Shown here piece by piece: positions 41,140 to 54,200 of a stretch of 64,000 nt of DNA. Positions within the stretch are counted from its first letter, which is position 1. Each line of letters starts with the position of its first letter. Position numbers and translations under genes: made by a program. Origin of the DNA: Fimbriosthenelais zetlandica (Eukaryota). The notes under the pieces are model-generated. The model did not search any database, was not told where the DNA came from, and saw only the letters and a list, made by a program, of their open reading frames with translations. The stretch spans positions 13,330,001 to 13,394,000 of the forward strand of contig OZ365111.1 of the NCBI GenBank assembly GCA_977030845.1, read 5' to 3'.

Positions 41140-41200
41140 ATAAATCAACCTTAACGCTGCCACTGAGAGCATGTGAACGTTTTCTCACGTATCTCTCCCT
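41140..41200 (+). mobile_element. hAT C-terminal dimerisation-domain fossil
   Basis: LTLPLRACERFLTYL (cf. LT.P.TSA.CERSFS.L). Confidence 0.38.
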
Positions 41201-41914
41201 CATCAGGTGTTTTTGAAAGTGAGCTGCATTCATATACATATCATTGTCATCGACGAAATAAAATCCTTTTCATGGGAAAAGGTATCTGGATGAGTGTTAT
41301 TTCATCCACTGTGTTGCATCTGTGTTGAACCAGAATGACACAATAACAACATACAGCCATTTTCTTTTTTTTTCTGCCTTGATAGGTATCTTTGCTCTTA
41401 ATTTGAATGAGAACAACAATTATTAATTTCAGACATTAGCATATATATTATGTGAAAAGAAAATCTATTCTGGGTAGACCTTTGGTCGGATCCCAAACAG
41501 TTGCTCATTGTAGTATGGGCGTAGCCAGTAAATTTATACATGTACATGTATGTACACTTTGGGTAAAAGTACTTGGGACACCCCAGGTCTAAGGCAGACA
41601 TTTACGAAATGTTTAATAAAGGTTCTTATCCCGAGGCATCATCAAGGGTGGGTCCTTCCTGACAGCAGTCAATGTCATTTATCCAGATCCTGAGGGAACA
41701 GAGAGAAAATCCCAACAAGGATCTTGGCCCTCCTCAACCTGGGACCAGCAAACGTCTAATTTACTTAAGGTTGGATGAGAAAAGCGGCAGGGACGCGTGG
41801 GGAATTGGGAATTGAGATGAGGGTTAGCTTGCAAGGAGTGGCTGGTATCACGAGTGGCTCGCGAGAGGGGATCAAAACCTATGCCTGGGGTCTGGTCTGG
41901 GCCGAGTGAGACCC

Positions 41915-42740
41915 AGGTGGACGATTAAGACTAGGTCCTTGGCCGCTGATACAATACTTAAGATGGACTTTTATGTTGGCCCTGGAAATAATAGTGACAA
42001 ACTGCACTCAGCAAAATTCGAGGAACTTAATACCGCCAAAGCCCACACTGCTAGAGCCGAGTGATCTCCATGACTATTTCATGGCAATGGTTCCATCCAA
42101 TGAAATCAGTTTAATGGTTCACTATGATGGGACCTGGCAATATTAAGGCCAGACTATGAATATTTCCTCTCATTCCACTGTTAAATCAATTTTCTAGAGT
42201 ACCTCTGGATTCGTTTTTGCCTTCTCCTTCATAATGAATAGCAATTTGCAAGCGATGAATCCTCGAGTGAAAGCCATTGCCAATTGGGATATTGAGGATT
42301 TGAATTTGAATTTTACCCCTGTTCATAGAGTGCAATTAAATCCTGACGAAATTAGATACATATTGAGGGTCGAATCCGGCAGAATCAAGGAGGTGCCAAT
42401 GACAAGGAGAATGACCCACACTGAGTCTGACAATGGTCTCATTCAACCTTAGTAGCACTAGTCAAACCTTTGCCAACTTCCGGTGCGCATGTGTAAATCG
42501 CTCTTAGGTGATGGCAGTGACTGGCTTGGAATGTACTGATCAATTGAAAGAATTACATCACGCGTCTCTTTCACCTAGCTGGTTCCCCCGCATAAACAAC
42601 TATTATCCACCCCCTTTCTCCAATTTGTCGAGGGACACTCGGCCGGAAAAAACGAAAGGCTTTCAAATGGAAAGAGGAAATTTCAGATTCATGACTTTCT
42701 CTGAGGGGACAATGATCCACCGGTTAACTGATCAATAGAA
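41915..42740 (+). mobile_element. Ty3/Gypsy RT-RNase H fossil
   Basis: GGRLRL, EELN, DYF...GTWQY, PRVKAIANW (cf. KV.AI.NW), DGSDWLG (cf. DAS..GLG) and LTDQ (cf. TDH), in correct order. Confidence 0.52.
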
Positions 42741-43234
42741 GGATTCATCATGGTGTTTTTCTCCTGGATTACAGGCGTTACAAAGTTGGTCAGAATGAAT
42801 GACAATTTGAAGAACAGCCAACGCAATGAAATATGCATTATTGGGGACATTCACATCGGAATTAGACTAATTCTCTGTACATTCAAATTACCGAACTGAA
42901 TGTTGATGGATGATGATGAAGCATATCCCATGGACACATCAATGATCATTGAAAATGTAAATTTGAAAGCTAAGTGGTAAAAATATGAGAGCTTAATATG
43001 ACAATTTCATTCAGTTTTTTTAGATCAAAATAATGATCCCAATCGAGGAAAATCGATGAGACTTACTTATAACGGTACATATGTTACACGGATCCCTGTG
43101 GATCTAATAAAAGTAACAGTATTCAAGTATAGCTAGAGATACCAATCTCACTTATCTTACACCAAAAAATCTCCCAAGACCTTGGGGTATTCCAATATGG
43201 CCCCTGACTCCCCTTGTCATCATCCACTTCCCGA

Positions 43235-43620
43235 ACCAAATAAGGTCCGTCCATTAATGAAAATAAGCCGGGCAGGCCACCCAATTCCCCTTACAAGCAT
43301 AACAGCTATATTTATGGTCTCATATCCCGATCCAGGAGCAATATGTGCTTGTATCCACGAGTATGGTTGATGGAACCAGGGTGCGAGATACCGAAAGTCT
43401 GGTGTCATCTTGTGTTAAACAGGCACCATTTCATATATCCTATTCATACCGGTATATTTCATTGATTTTTTAAAATACAAAATCATTATTTCACATTTTT
43501 ATCCAGGACTCCTTGTGTTCACCCATATATCCCTCTTTAACCATTAAGGCATTATCCTGATACAAACCACTTGAGAATGCCCCTTCTTGAGAGTGCCTAT
43601 AAGACAATTTGCCACAGAGA
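43235..43620 (-). mobile_element. Ty3/Gypsy integrase fossil
   Basis: H...GH-like motif, then TRGYKHILLLD (cf. G.KYILV.VD) and GIGWPARLIFING (cf. G.P..I.SDNG). Confidence 0.5.
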
Positions 43621-46600
43621 ATATAAGCTGGGGGATAGCGGCCATTCTCCTGGAGTATAGGTCTAGGCTTCCTCCTCCTCATTAGGAGCCACCCATATTC
43701 CAGGGTCGTGACCTGGTAAGCCGTGAGGATCCGGTACACCACGGATCCTTTTCACGCAGACCTTGGCAAACTCTCATAATTGATGATCATCATTCAAAGT
43801 GAATCTAGTATAATGACCCGGGACCATCGTAGTAATAGAGCGGATGATTAACTACAAGTAGCTACATATACAAGCCAAAGCTCGCCCCAAACTGAGCTAG
43901 TCTATCGGTTGGACATTTGATGATGATCTGATAGTCACAAGGTCTGGCTTTTTAGTTTGATGGAAATCTGAAGGTTGATTAAATCAGATGGCCACGCATC
44001 AGATAACCACAGGGACGAATGATTCAGTGTAGACCTGGCTTATAAATACAGCTATGGACATTTTATGGGCTCAGACCTACAGGTAAACAGATAAGAATCA
44101 GTCACTTAGATGTACATAAAACGGTAATTATACTATATGCTTGATGAATCATAGGCAGAGGCATTGTGTCAACACCTCGTTAAGGGTTCTGTAACAGTTT
44201 AACAAGGAGAAAATTAGCCACACACTAGACTTGTCAACGACAATATCCAACTGAACCTTAGAGTCTGCAGGGCATTCTGAACAGCACTTCAAAGAAAGAC
44301 GATATCCTATCTAAGTCTACCCCTTCCTTGGGTCAGTTTAATAATAGATGTGGTCACGTTCCACTCAATGTCTGGGATAATTGGATGGACTTTGAAAAAA
44401 ATACTCTCTCCTATTGCGTGTTTGGTGGGACTTGAAGTCTGCCGACCACCCAGTGTATGGCAGGCTAAGACCAAGGGCTTGAGAACATCTGCTTTTGTGG
44501 TGGAGCCTCAACCTTTACTATCAGTCTGGGGAAACTGAGTTTGTTCCAGGGTTAACCCTTAACCTCCTGTGTTACAGAGTGAAAGTGAAACAAATCTACA
44601 AGATGAACTTCTGGTCTGACCACCTGATTGGCGTCTTGGGAAAGAAATGACCTCTGGCCTCACTCGCAGCCACTCATCCTGACCTCAAGGTCAGAAATGA
44701 GGCCCAAGGGCGTAGTTAATAGAAGCTCTTATAAAACATCCATGCTTATTTTACAGTCAGTTTAAATGATAAATGTGTCGGTGGACAGGACCATGGAATG
44801 CCATTGCAATACGGCAGATAAAATAACAATCATGTGAACATCATATTCTGGCACAGCTTTTACGAAACCAAATGGAAAGTACATTGTTTCTTTTTTGTTT
44901 GATGAAGAAAAATATTAATGGATACACGCGATCATTTGTGCCATTATAATATGAGCGCTGTGGAATCCAGGCCTGAACTTAATGCCATGAAACTTAAGCT
45001 TCATACTGAACCCCTCCAACAGCATAGAGGAAACAAATGTAGCAAAAAGTGACAGGACCTTTTAGACGGGAAAAAATATGGTACCTGTATGTAATATATA
45101 ATCGGGTAGGAAAAAGCGTTTACTACATGAGAATGGAAACAAAAGATCCCATTCCCTAATGTTGGTTGACGGTGGCCCTACAATATAAGGACTGTTTCAA
45201 ATTTGTTTCCTGTCAGGTGCCTGATGCTTCCGATACAGCGCAAAATTGTATGATTGACATTTAAAGAGCAGACAACCATCTTTCCCTTGCTTCCCAACCG
45301 GTCTTTATTCGTTCTTCTGGGGCATTTTAAGGGGGGACTTCAGGGGAAAATCCCTCATACTAATGCAATTTTAACATCAAGTAGTTATGGGCGCGTTTAA
45401 AATTTAAATACATTGCGAAGCTCTCGCATACGCCATATAATTCATCCATAATCCCCACCACAAATAAGGGCTTCCCACCGCGGACACGACACAAAATTCA
45501 CCAGCCTCCCCTGCACAAAATATCAATAATGCATAGATTGCATAACTGCAGGGCCCTTTACTGTATTATTCCCTTCCAAGAACTCTAATCTTGTTGCCGG
45601 CAATTACTGAATATTACGGCCTATGGGACGCCGAAAAGGTGCATGACAGATGGGGGATATGGCGCATAAATGGTGTTTTAACCAGACCCGGTGGTGGTTT
45701 CTACTGACAAATTACACACCAATGGACATTTCTGACTTTCTGCCTATCACTTGGGGCGGGGTGAGGGATGGGGAGGGAGCTAGTAAGCCATAGGGGCCAT
45801 CACTTAGACTTGACCTTGTGTGACACCCTTGGAAGTCCTTCAGGTGGGCGAAGCGGGTGTTATTCTAAATTAGCCCCGTATTAGTAAGGTCTCTATAGTA
45901 TCAGGTTACTCCCAAATGGCCATTTATTACCTCACGTATGACTGGAAAAAAAAGATAGTTTATGGAGGAAGGTGATTGCTGTCAATGGATGAGCTGCAAA
46001 AATGTGAGACTCGTCCACGTGTCTTTCCTCCTGAGAAATCTCACAATGAGCAAGGGGGTCGCAGCTACGATGATTGTTTATTAATGTTTAAATTACAGTA
46101 TAGTAATACAATATCGTTTCTATTACTCCAGGGGAGGGGAATTCATTTCAGATACCTCACTTATTTATTAAATTTACATAGACATGTTTAGTAGTAAAGA
46201 CATCCCTTGATTCCTCCATCACCAAATGGAGAAGTCAAGAGTTCAATGGGAGGACATATCCTTTCATCTTCATTCTAATGATCTCAAATTAAGATCACTT
46301 AACCCAACTTGTAGACACGGAATGTACACATAGCCACCCAACCTAATGACATAATTACAAGGTAAAACTACCTAAAATTATGTATACAAGCACTATATTT
46401 TTTCAATTGATCTTCAACAAATGAAGATTTGAAACCCAAATAATGGAATAATTATATTAGGCTCCTTTTAGTCCATCAGTATAGAATCTGAAAGTAGGCA
46501 TACTCTTCTTGTATTCATGGGCATGCCTTTTTAGCTATTGAAAACCCAGTTTATGTAAATAAAATTGGCTTGCAGTGCAATTGCATTAAACCATATGCTT

Positions 46601-47429
46601 ATTATGCCATTCAAGCAACATAATTACATGACAAAATTCTATGCTTATAGATAGGTATATAATCATGGACTCTGGCTGTTGGCCATGGAATTTGATGGGA
46701 TATAGACCACAAGCTGCTGAGCATACAATGCCCAAGGTATCACGGAGTGATAAGCACAGAAATTTGGGTAAATAAGCATAGTTCTCCTGCCATGGGACTG
46801 TTTGCTTATGTTCCTGCTGAGAAGAAAAGCCTAGGGTATACTGGAACGTTCATATTGTAAAAACATTAGAAGTCTGTCAACACCTATCATTTGGTGCTCA
46901 GACGGTTTGGCTTTTCTTCAGAAGGACACCTTGGCCTTTCCTAAGCTCCAATGAATACTTTGAATGACAGGACATCAATGTTTGTGTATTGTAGTTTAAG
47001 CTGAATGGGGAGAATATAGTAAACACTGTTCGGATGAAAACACATACACTTCATGAAGGCGTGGGGTGGGGTCAAGGACTGGGCAAACCTCTTCACACAT
47101 TCGTACTCGAAGCCATAGAGAAAGTGCAAAAAGGAGCAGTGAATTGGCCCCAGGGACTACAAACTAGAATGTGACTGCATGTGGAAAATCCCTATAGCCG
47201 TTCATAATGGAAAATCTTTGTCAACGACAAGATAAATTTAGGCGTTCTCATTCCACTTCAATTTGTTCGCTGTGAAAGATCCATGTCTATAGTTGAACAA
47301 GTTTATTTTATGGCCCCCCAGGCCAAGCTAGTATGTGTTTGTTTAAAAACTCTATGAGAATTATCTGGGTGGGGAATAACAAGAAGGGAAAGTGGACTGT
47401 TCCCTTTGCTGTGAATCAGCTTATCATAT

Positions 47430-47740
47430 TTTCTAGGTGTTTTTGTGGCTCTGATCTACCACCACCAGTCACAGTGGGGATTCATTTGATAGAGCACGTT
47501 GGTCACTTTTTGTTTCTGGGAGAGAATGGAAGTAGTGTATACCTACATAAACTAGGTGTTTATGGTGCCAGCTCCCCCATCGTGTTACCACAGCACAACC
47601 CACAGCTCGAGCTCATTAGCTTTGCACACAAGCACACCGACAAAGGTATTTAATAACAGCTTAGACCCAAATTCTGCCAACCTTCATGCCCATGGTTTGG
47701 AATAATAATGCCCACATGCAAAACTCGGGTCATCTCAACA
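47430..47740 (+). mobile_element. L2/CR1-type LINE RT fossil
   Basis: LGVFV, SFDR, LHKLGVYG and P.AKLG (cf. GVF.DL.KAFD, L.KL..YG, PQGS.LG), in order. Confidence 0.48.
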
Positions 47741-49029
47741 ATACGGGAAATAAAATGTATGGCAAGGTCTGACCTTTATAGGCGTTTTATAGCCCATCTA
47801 TTCAGGTATTAATTAAAAGGGGGGTGCCCAGCATTATTCCTTTTTCTAGGTTAAGTGAAATTCAAATAAAGGTTCAAATGTGAATGTTTTGGGTACATTT
47901 CGTTCGATTGTCAATCAGGGGATTGAAATGTAAGCTTGCCGTATAAATAATTAGTTGTGACTAGGGATTTACTTTCACTATGAGTCCCATACACAGCCTC
48001 TTTGCCTTCACCTCTCCCGAGGGGTAGGAAATACACCTTCTGGGATGCATGGCCGATTCTGAACAAAACAAATAAAACCTTGTCGCTGGAGCATATTATT
48101 TAGGTGGCTCACTTCAAAGAACCAAGGCTTTGACTTGGTGAAGGGGAGGAATCACTTAGGGTGAACACATCTATTCATAAGGCCACTTAAGGCCGTGTTG
48201 GGATTAATTCAGTGAGAACATTTTCGAGGTCAATACACTCGAGCAATAAGGTGCATAAATTGCTCTACGGATTTAAACATGGCTTTTTAAGCAGGACTCT
48301 AACAAATGTCAGATCTATACATGCAACATAAGTGACTTTAGTACATGTATTTAGGATTAAGAACACATTATTGGACCTCAAAAGCAGGAAAAGCAAATAG
48401 AAAACAACCCTTTAAGTTTTCCATATATCATAAGTGCAACATTACTTAAATATATTATTAAATTTAATTTAATATTAAATTTGACAAAATTTAATTGAAA
48501 TTACATTTGACAAGCTGCCACATGTGATATTTCTACAGGGAGTGAGATATCACACTATGACATACACATTTACAAAGCTTGTCAAGTCTAATTTTTGTGT
48601 GCTCAATTACGAACCGTGACAAAAATTGTCATAGAGTCATATTTTTGTGTACGATATTAAAAATAAACCAAAAAAGAAATTTATTATTATGCTGGTGGTG
48701 GGATGCAGCCATTGTTTGGTCTAGTTTCTGTTGTCATGTCACTGTTGTGTTGAGTGGCCTCCATGATGTCCATGACCTAATTATTTCTGGCTAGCTATAA
48801 ATTCATCAGCCATACTGGTATGACAGGCTATTAATTCTCAGAGCTCAGCAATCACTTCACAGGCTACAGATAAATTAATAGCAGAAAAATGTAACATTTA
48901 ATGAAATCATTGCATATTACATTATAAACCCTGTGTGCAGGCACAGGCAATATATCATTATGAGGCTATGGCCCTTTCCCTTCTCATAATTTCCTCAACT
49001 TTCTTCAATGTTTGAAAAATCCCTTTCCC

Positions 49030-49190
49030 ATCATATATATCATTTTCTCTTTCCATCGCTCTTTCCTTTCAAATTTTCTTACTCTGTCCTTTCCTAGGTC
49101 TCTCATTTCCTCTCTTCTATTCTTCCCTCCCTCCGGTTTCCTTCCTCCGTCCCTCCACTTCCCTTCCCCTTTTTCTACCGTTTCCTTCAT
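49030..49190 (+). repeat. Degenerate CT-rich polypyrimidine tract
   Basis: About 160 bp of TTTCC/CTCC-like low complexity. Confidence 0.8.
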
Positions 49191-51419
49191 TTATAAATCC
49201 AAACAAACAAGCTTTACACACATTTCCATTTAATGGGAAATCTACGCACGAGAATGGCATATTTATCCAATCATAAGCATGCGCTATCTGGACATTTTCT
49301 CACGCTTTTGAGACAAACATCTGATAAATTGATTAGAAGAAATATTCATGCTTCGTCGCCCCATCATAATGACCCCAATCCTGCCTCGGATTTGTTTGGT
49401 TATTGCATTGGACATTGGTATTATTTTCACCGGACAATTAGGGGTGTAAAATCAGCAATATATAACACTTAGGTCTAGATTCATTACAGGATTTTGGCGC
49501 CATCTCATACATTGGGGGCAACCCCAAGAGGGAAAAAATCTATTAAACACAGATCGTAAACTGTTATTAAGAGCGTGCTGCAACTTAGACCAATTGTGAA
49601 GGCGTATAAATAGATATGGAACATAATAGTATATTCTTTGTGTTGGGGCACTATTCACGAGTGCTATGAGATTTAATAGTTTGGAATGTTGACTCCCTGC
49701 GTGTTATTACAAATGGTGAGAATATATGAGTATATTAGACGTCATTCACATGTAACCATTGTCACCAACTAGCTCCTATAGGTGCCATGTGCTATATGGC
49801 ACCCATTACTGTGGCAGTGTCATTAAATTCCTCTCTATAGATCAAGTGTTCAGGCAGCTTTAATGTATGGGGCCCAAATCATTCGATATAGTTTGAATAA
49901 TCATTTGGTGTTAAAATAACAAGTATATCTAAAATGAGCACTGGTCGGATTTCCAGACACTATACTTGTCAGACTGTCATTCCAGGAAAAGTTGACTTCA
50001 TATAGGATGCAGACATTTATTATATGGAAATTTCTAATTTTAGAAAAAACTGCAATGGATCTATATAGTTATATTATCGCGTGCGACTCTGAAATCAACT
50101 GCGTCAAACTTGCCTGATGCACAGTAAATCGTGCAGCTAAAACCTTTACTCCTATTACTGAATCCACTAACTATATATAACACAGATATTCCAATTTTAT
50201 CGAGTATTTCCGTCTAGTAGGGTCTAATGTCAAAGTTTCGTGCTTACTTCATTCATGAATGCAAGAGCAAGCACAGCAGAACATGGTCAATGGCCGGAAT
50301 AAGTAGCTTCGGGTTTTTCAGTCATGCCATGTTGCCAAAGCAGCGTTAATGCCCTAGGCAAGGAAACTGCTCCATTTCTAAACTCCCACCATTTCTATAC
50401 CGTCTACCTTCACAAGAGTCACTTAGCTCTGGAATAATTCTAATAATTATGATATCAATAAGTGCTTATATTATAACAATAAGCGCTACAATATTGACAG
50501 AGCGTTATCGATGGTCTTTCTCCCTGATCAAATGTCTATAGGACTCCACAATATCTGTTAATGGGGCTGACTAAAATTAAATATTGACCCCAAAACATCT
50601 GCAAGTATTGGTTTATAAAATTGACTGAGGAAACTTTAGGAGTGGGTTCCATACACTATAATGCAGGTACCAGCATTGTTTGTAAAGCAAAGTTACATTC
50701 CAAACTTTTGTAATATATCATCTATCATCTGTCAGGTGTACCCATACATGTATCCGTATATATGCCAGAACAAAGATACTCAGATACTGGGACATTATTA
50801 TGTCTAATGGTCTCGACCAGTGCATGGCTACACCAGTTGGGCAGCTGCATCAATTACAACAAAAATATCTAAATGACCATAATATGTGTAGCAGGGTAAT
50901 TAAAGCGGGGACATACAAAAGGGTTTACCTGTAATGGCTGAATCAAATAGTGATCCTATATTTAATTAAGTGAGCCCCCCAGAGAGGAATGACTGGAATC
51001 AGCGTTCTGGGAACATTTTACTCTACTTGTATCCAATGATCCACGCATAACAAGCGAGAAAATTGGCCCCGCAAATGGGTGATTGCTTTGTGGTTAAAAC
51101 ATCCATATCCGGTTCTGTATATATAAAAATATGTTATAAAAATATGTTGGGTCAGCAAAACACATAGATATAGGTACCTTCCCACACAATACAAAACTAA
51201 TTTTGGGGGGCAAATTTAAATGTATTGTTAGAGATTCTGAATTAAAATCCATAATTGGATTAGAATCTTCCATGACGGATTTTTAAATTAGGCCTACTGT
51301 ACTTCTTTACAAATTTTAGTAGTAACCACCAAAGGGTCCGCAAAAATAGGACACTGCGAAATAAATGAATAATTTCACAATATCATACCTGTAGGCAATA
51401 ATAACAATACGTGCCTTTC

Positions 51420-51720
51420 ACAGGTCAGACTGCATTATGAGTGAGTGGCCATTATATTCTAATTGCTGAGTCCATTGGCAGCTGTAAATTACCTGGATAT
51501 TGCTAAGGCCATGAGAAACGCAGGCTCGGTTAATGAGACCATTACGTGATAGGCTAATTAATCAGAGGCTCATTAGGAAATATTTGCTGTGGTCTACCAT
51601 TGAGAAAGTTGGGACCCATGTGTCACTCAAGTTCACTCACATAATTAATCAGGGATTATGTAACTCGGGGCATATGAGCTATAATGCCATGTACTTGGTT
51701 ACTGAACTTGCATAATGTGT
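51420..51720. promoter_or_regulatory. Candidate homeodomain-bound enhancer
   Basis: About 16 TAAT/ATTA cores in 300 bp (hand count; roughly 5 expected at 60% AT). TAATTAATCAG occurs twice (51555, 51642). Confidence 0.4.
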
Positions 51721-52249
51721 TATTTTGAGAACAATGCGTCAATAGACTGAGGTCATGATGATTTCTATGCGATTTCATGGTCCACTGTAGCGTTCATAAT
51801 ATACTCTATGATCACAGGTCATTGCATTGTAAAATATTATTAACTCATGATTCCATATCATAAATGGAACAGGTTAAAAGGTTTTAAAGTGTAATTGACA
51901 TGAAACTCATCATTACACGATCATGATAGATATTATATGAGTAACCATGTCATTTTCACTTCATCCTCTCAGGAATGTATCACTTTACAAGATCTATTCT
52001 CGCTGTATAAAGCCAGTCTGTTGTAGTGAATTAAAACAGGCCATAGTTCATAAATATGCAATAATCACCACGTGCCATTCTATACATGAATATTCAATTA
52101 ATGCCGTCAAGGCAATGGCACCATTTTCTACATGGTCAATTTGACAAATTTGTCATTCTCGCCTGGTAACAAATAGTACATTGTTTTAATTACGTAATCT
52201 CAGTAGGTGTATACTGAGTGATACTAGCCTGGGGAGAGATGTGTTCGAC

Positions 52250-52510
52250 TCGAGCCAGTGACCAATACAAAAGCAGGACGCAGCTGGTATGATGAAAACC
52301 TATTATGTTCATCAAATTAACTGTTGCCCAACTACAGTACAATACATTTTGGCATATGTTCGCCTGGAGGCAAAACAGTGACACGGAATTACTCACTGCA
52401 AGCAAAGACAGCTATTACAATAGTTCTATACCATGTCTACCGTACATCACCACTCATTATATGACTCGTCCTTCTACCCAAATAAAAATACATTATTTAT
52501 GGCACAACGG
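52250..52510 (+). mobile_element. LINE RT 3'-end fossil
   Basis: IQKQDA (cf. IQ..AAR) and SSFYP...LWHN (cf. SF.P..I..WN). Confidence 0.33.
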
Positions 52511-54089
52511 AAATAGATTGTACTCTTGGCCATTGTTTTCTCAATCCAAATAAAATCACGTATTTCATTGTTAAATTGAAATATAATATATATTTTCAAC
52601 TGTATTGGCAGCCTCCATCGGTATACTAACTGTTTATGAAAATTAAATAAATCACAAACTTTACAATTTAAATCAGGTAACTAGTATATGGTTGTTGACT
52701 GATGTACATGCATTGACAGCATGTTTATATTTGATAGTTCCCACAGTCAACATTGTCCCAGCCTGCTACTGTTTGATCTAACATTATACATGACTGCAAT
52801 AAACAAACAATGGTGTTCCACTTATGATACGCTACGACGCAAACCAACTCCGAATAAAAGACACCTTCATATTAATTTCAAACTTTTTTGTCAATAAAGT
52901 AAATGCTGGCTCTTGCTCCAGGCAATGAAATACCATCGTGCCTATTCTGACGGCTCAGATTCCCTACAGGTGTTTACCGCAACTTGCAATAAATATTTCA
53001 TCTAAAAATGTATAATTTACCTATTATTAAACCTCAGAATATTTTAAATTTAAATTGCACTTCCGAGTTGTTAAAATGAATATTCATTTTTTTAAATGTA
53101 ATTTAATTTTTCTTTTTGGGGGGTGGGGGACGGGGAGTTATTTTTCGTTCAGTGATTACTAAACGGTTGAGGGTAGCATCCCTCCTACACAAATCAGAGT
53201 CGGGAGTCTTTTTTTGCCTAATTTGACAATGAACAGCCGGCCAGAGTGACGTAATCCGCCACTACAGGTTAATTGGCCCTCGCATCCAGCCACTTGAAGA
53301 GGACGGTAAATCATCACGGACGATTTAACCTTCTTTTCAGGCACAGCAGGAGGTAAGAGCTCCAGGTAGACAATACTGCCTTTCATATACCCACATATAA
53401 TAGGGAACAAGGCTGGTTTACAATAGGTAACTGTGTATAGGGGTGTATGACTGTGGATGTACAATGTATGTTATGCACATAGATGTGCACACACGGGTCA
53501 AAAGGTTATACTAATGCTAAATATACATCAATTATTAGAGACCTCCCAGACGGCAGGTGCTACAAGTGTATTTTAGTGAAGACTGTGGTTTTAAATTTGA
53601 GGTCAATATTTGAGATGGACTGGATGGAGGTGGTTGGGTGGGTCAATGTTGAACCTGTCCTTCTGATATCTATCAGCGAACCGTTAAAGCTGAAAGGCGG
53701 ATAGGAGCCAGAAAAGGTGCGTCTACAGCTGTCTGGTCCTAGCCAGTAAAATGGACCCATTAAACCTGTCTTTTCTCTGCTTATTGAATTGTGGTATATC
53801 TAACTTCAAATTTCATGAAAAGTTAAAACCTAATTACTTGAGTGAGAGTAAGTGATGCGAAATAGTATAGTCTGAAGTAAAATTAGGCCTAACCTTTCCC
53901 CTACTAACATTCAATCGTTCAGAAATCTCAGAAATCTTTTTAATAAGGTTCGTTAGATTGTATCTACAGAACGATAAATTGGACGGTACATGGGACTTTT
54001 CCATTGTCCATTTGCTCCATTTATAAGTCATCCCCTTAGGGCCTTAGGTAGGACTGGTTCTACAAGAACTGTCTGAGTTTCTAAACGAG

Positions 54090-54200
54090 TGAAAAGCAGC
54101 TTACTATGGAAGGATCATATGTATAAGTAGAAACATCTCATTTGTAATATTTGGCCTGACAAACGCCTGTCCACAGACTCTACAGGTGTGATGAACCTGA
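54090..54200 (+). mobile_element. Ty3/Gypsy RT fossil
   Basis: KAAY..G, then FGLTNA at 54150-54167 (cf. KTAF.T..G...MPFGL.NAP). Confidence 0.48.

Noticed and set aside
44545-44570. TTAA-CCC piggyBac-like end (and scattered TTAAAGG Kolobok-like ends)
   Set aside because: No matching opposite terminus or transposase motif could be paired with them.
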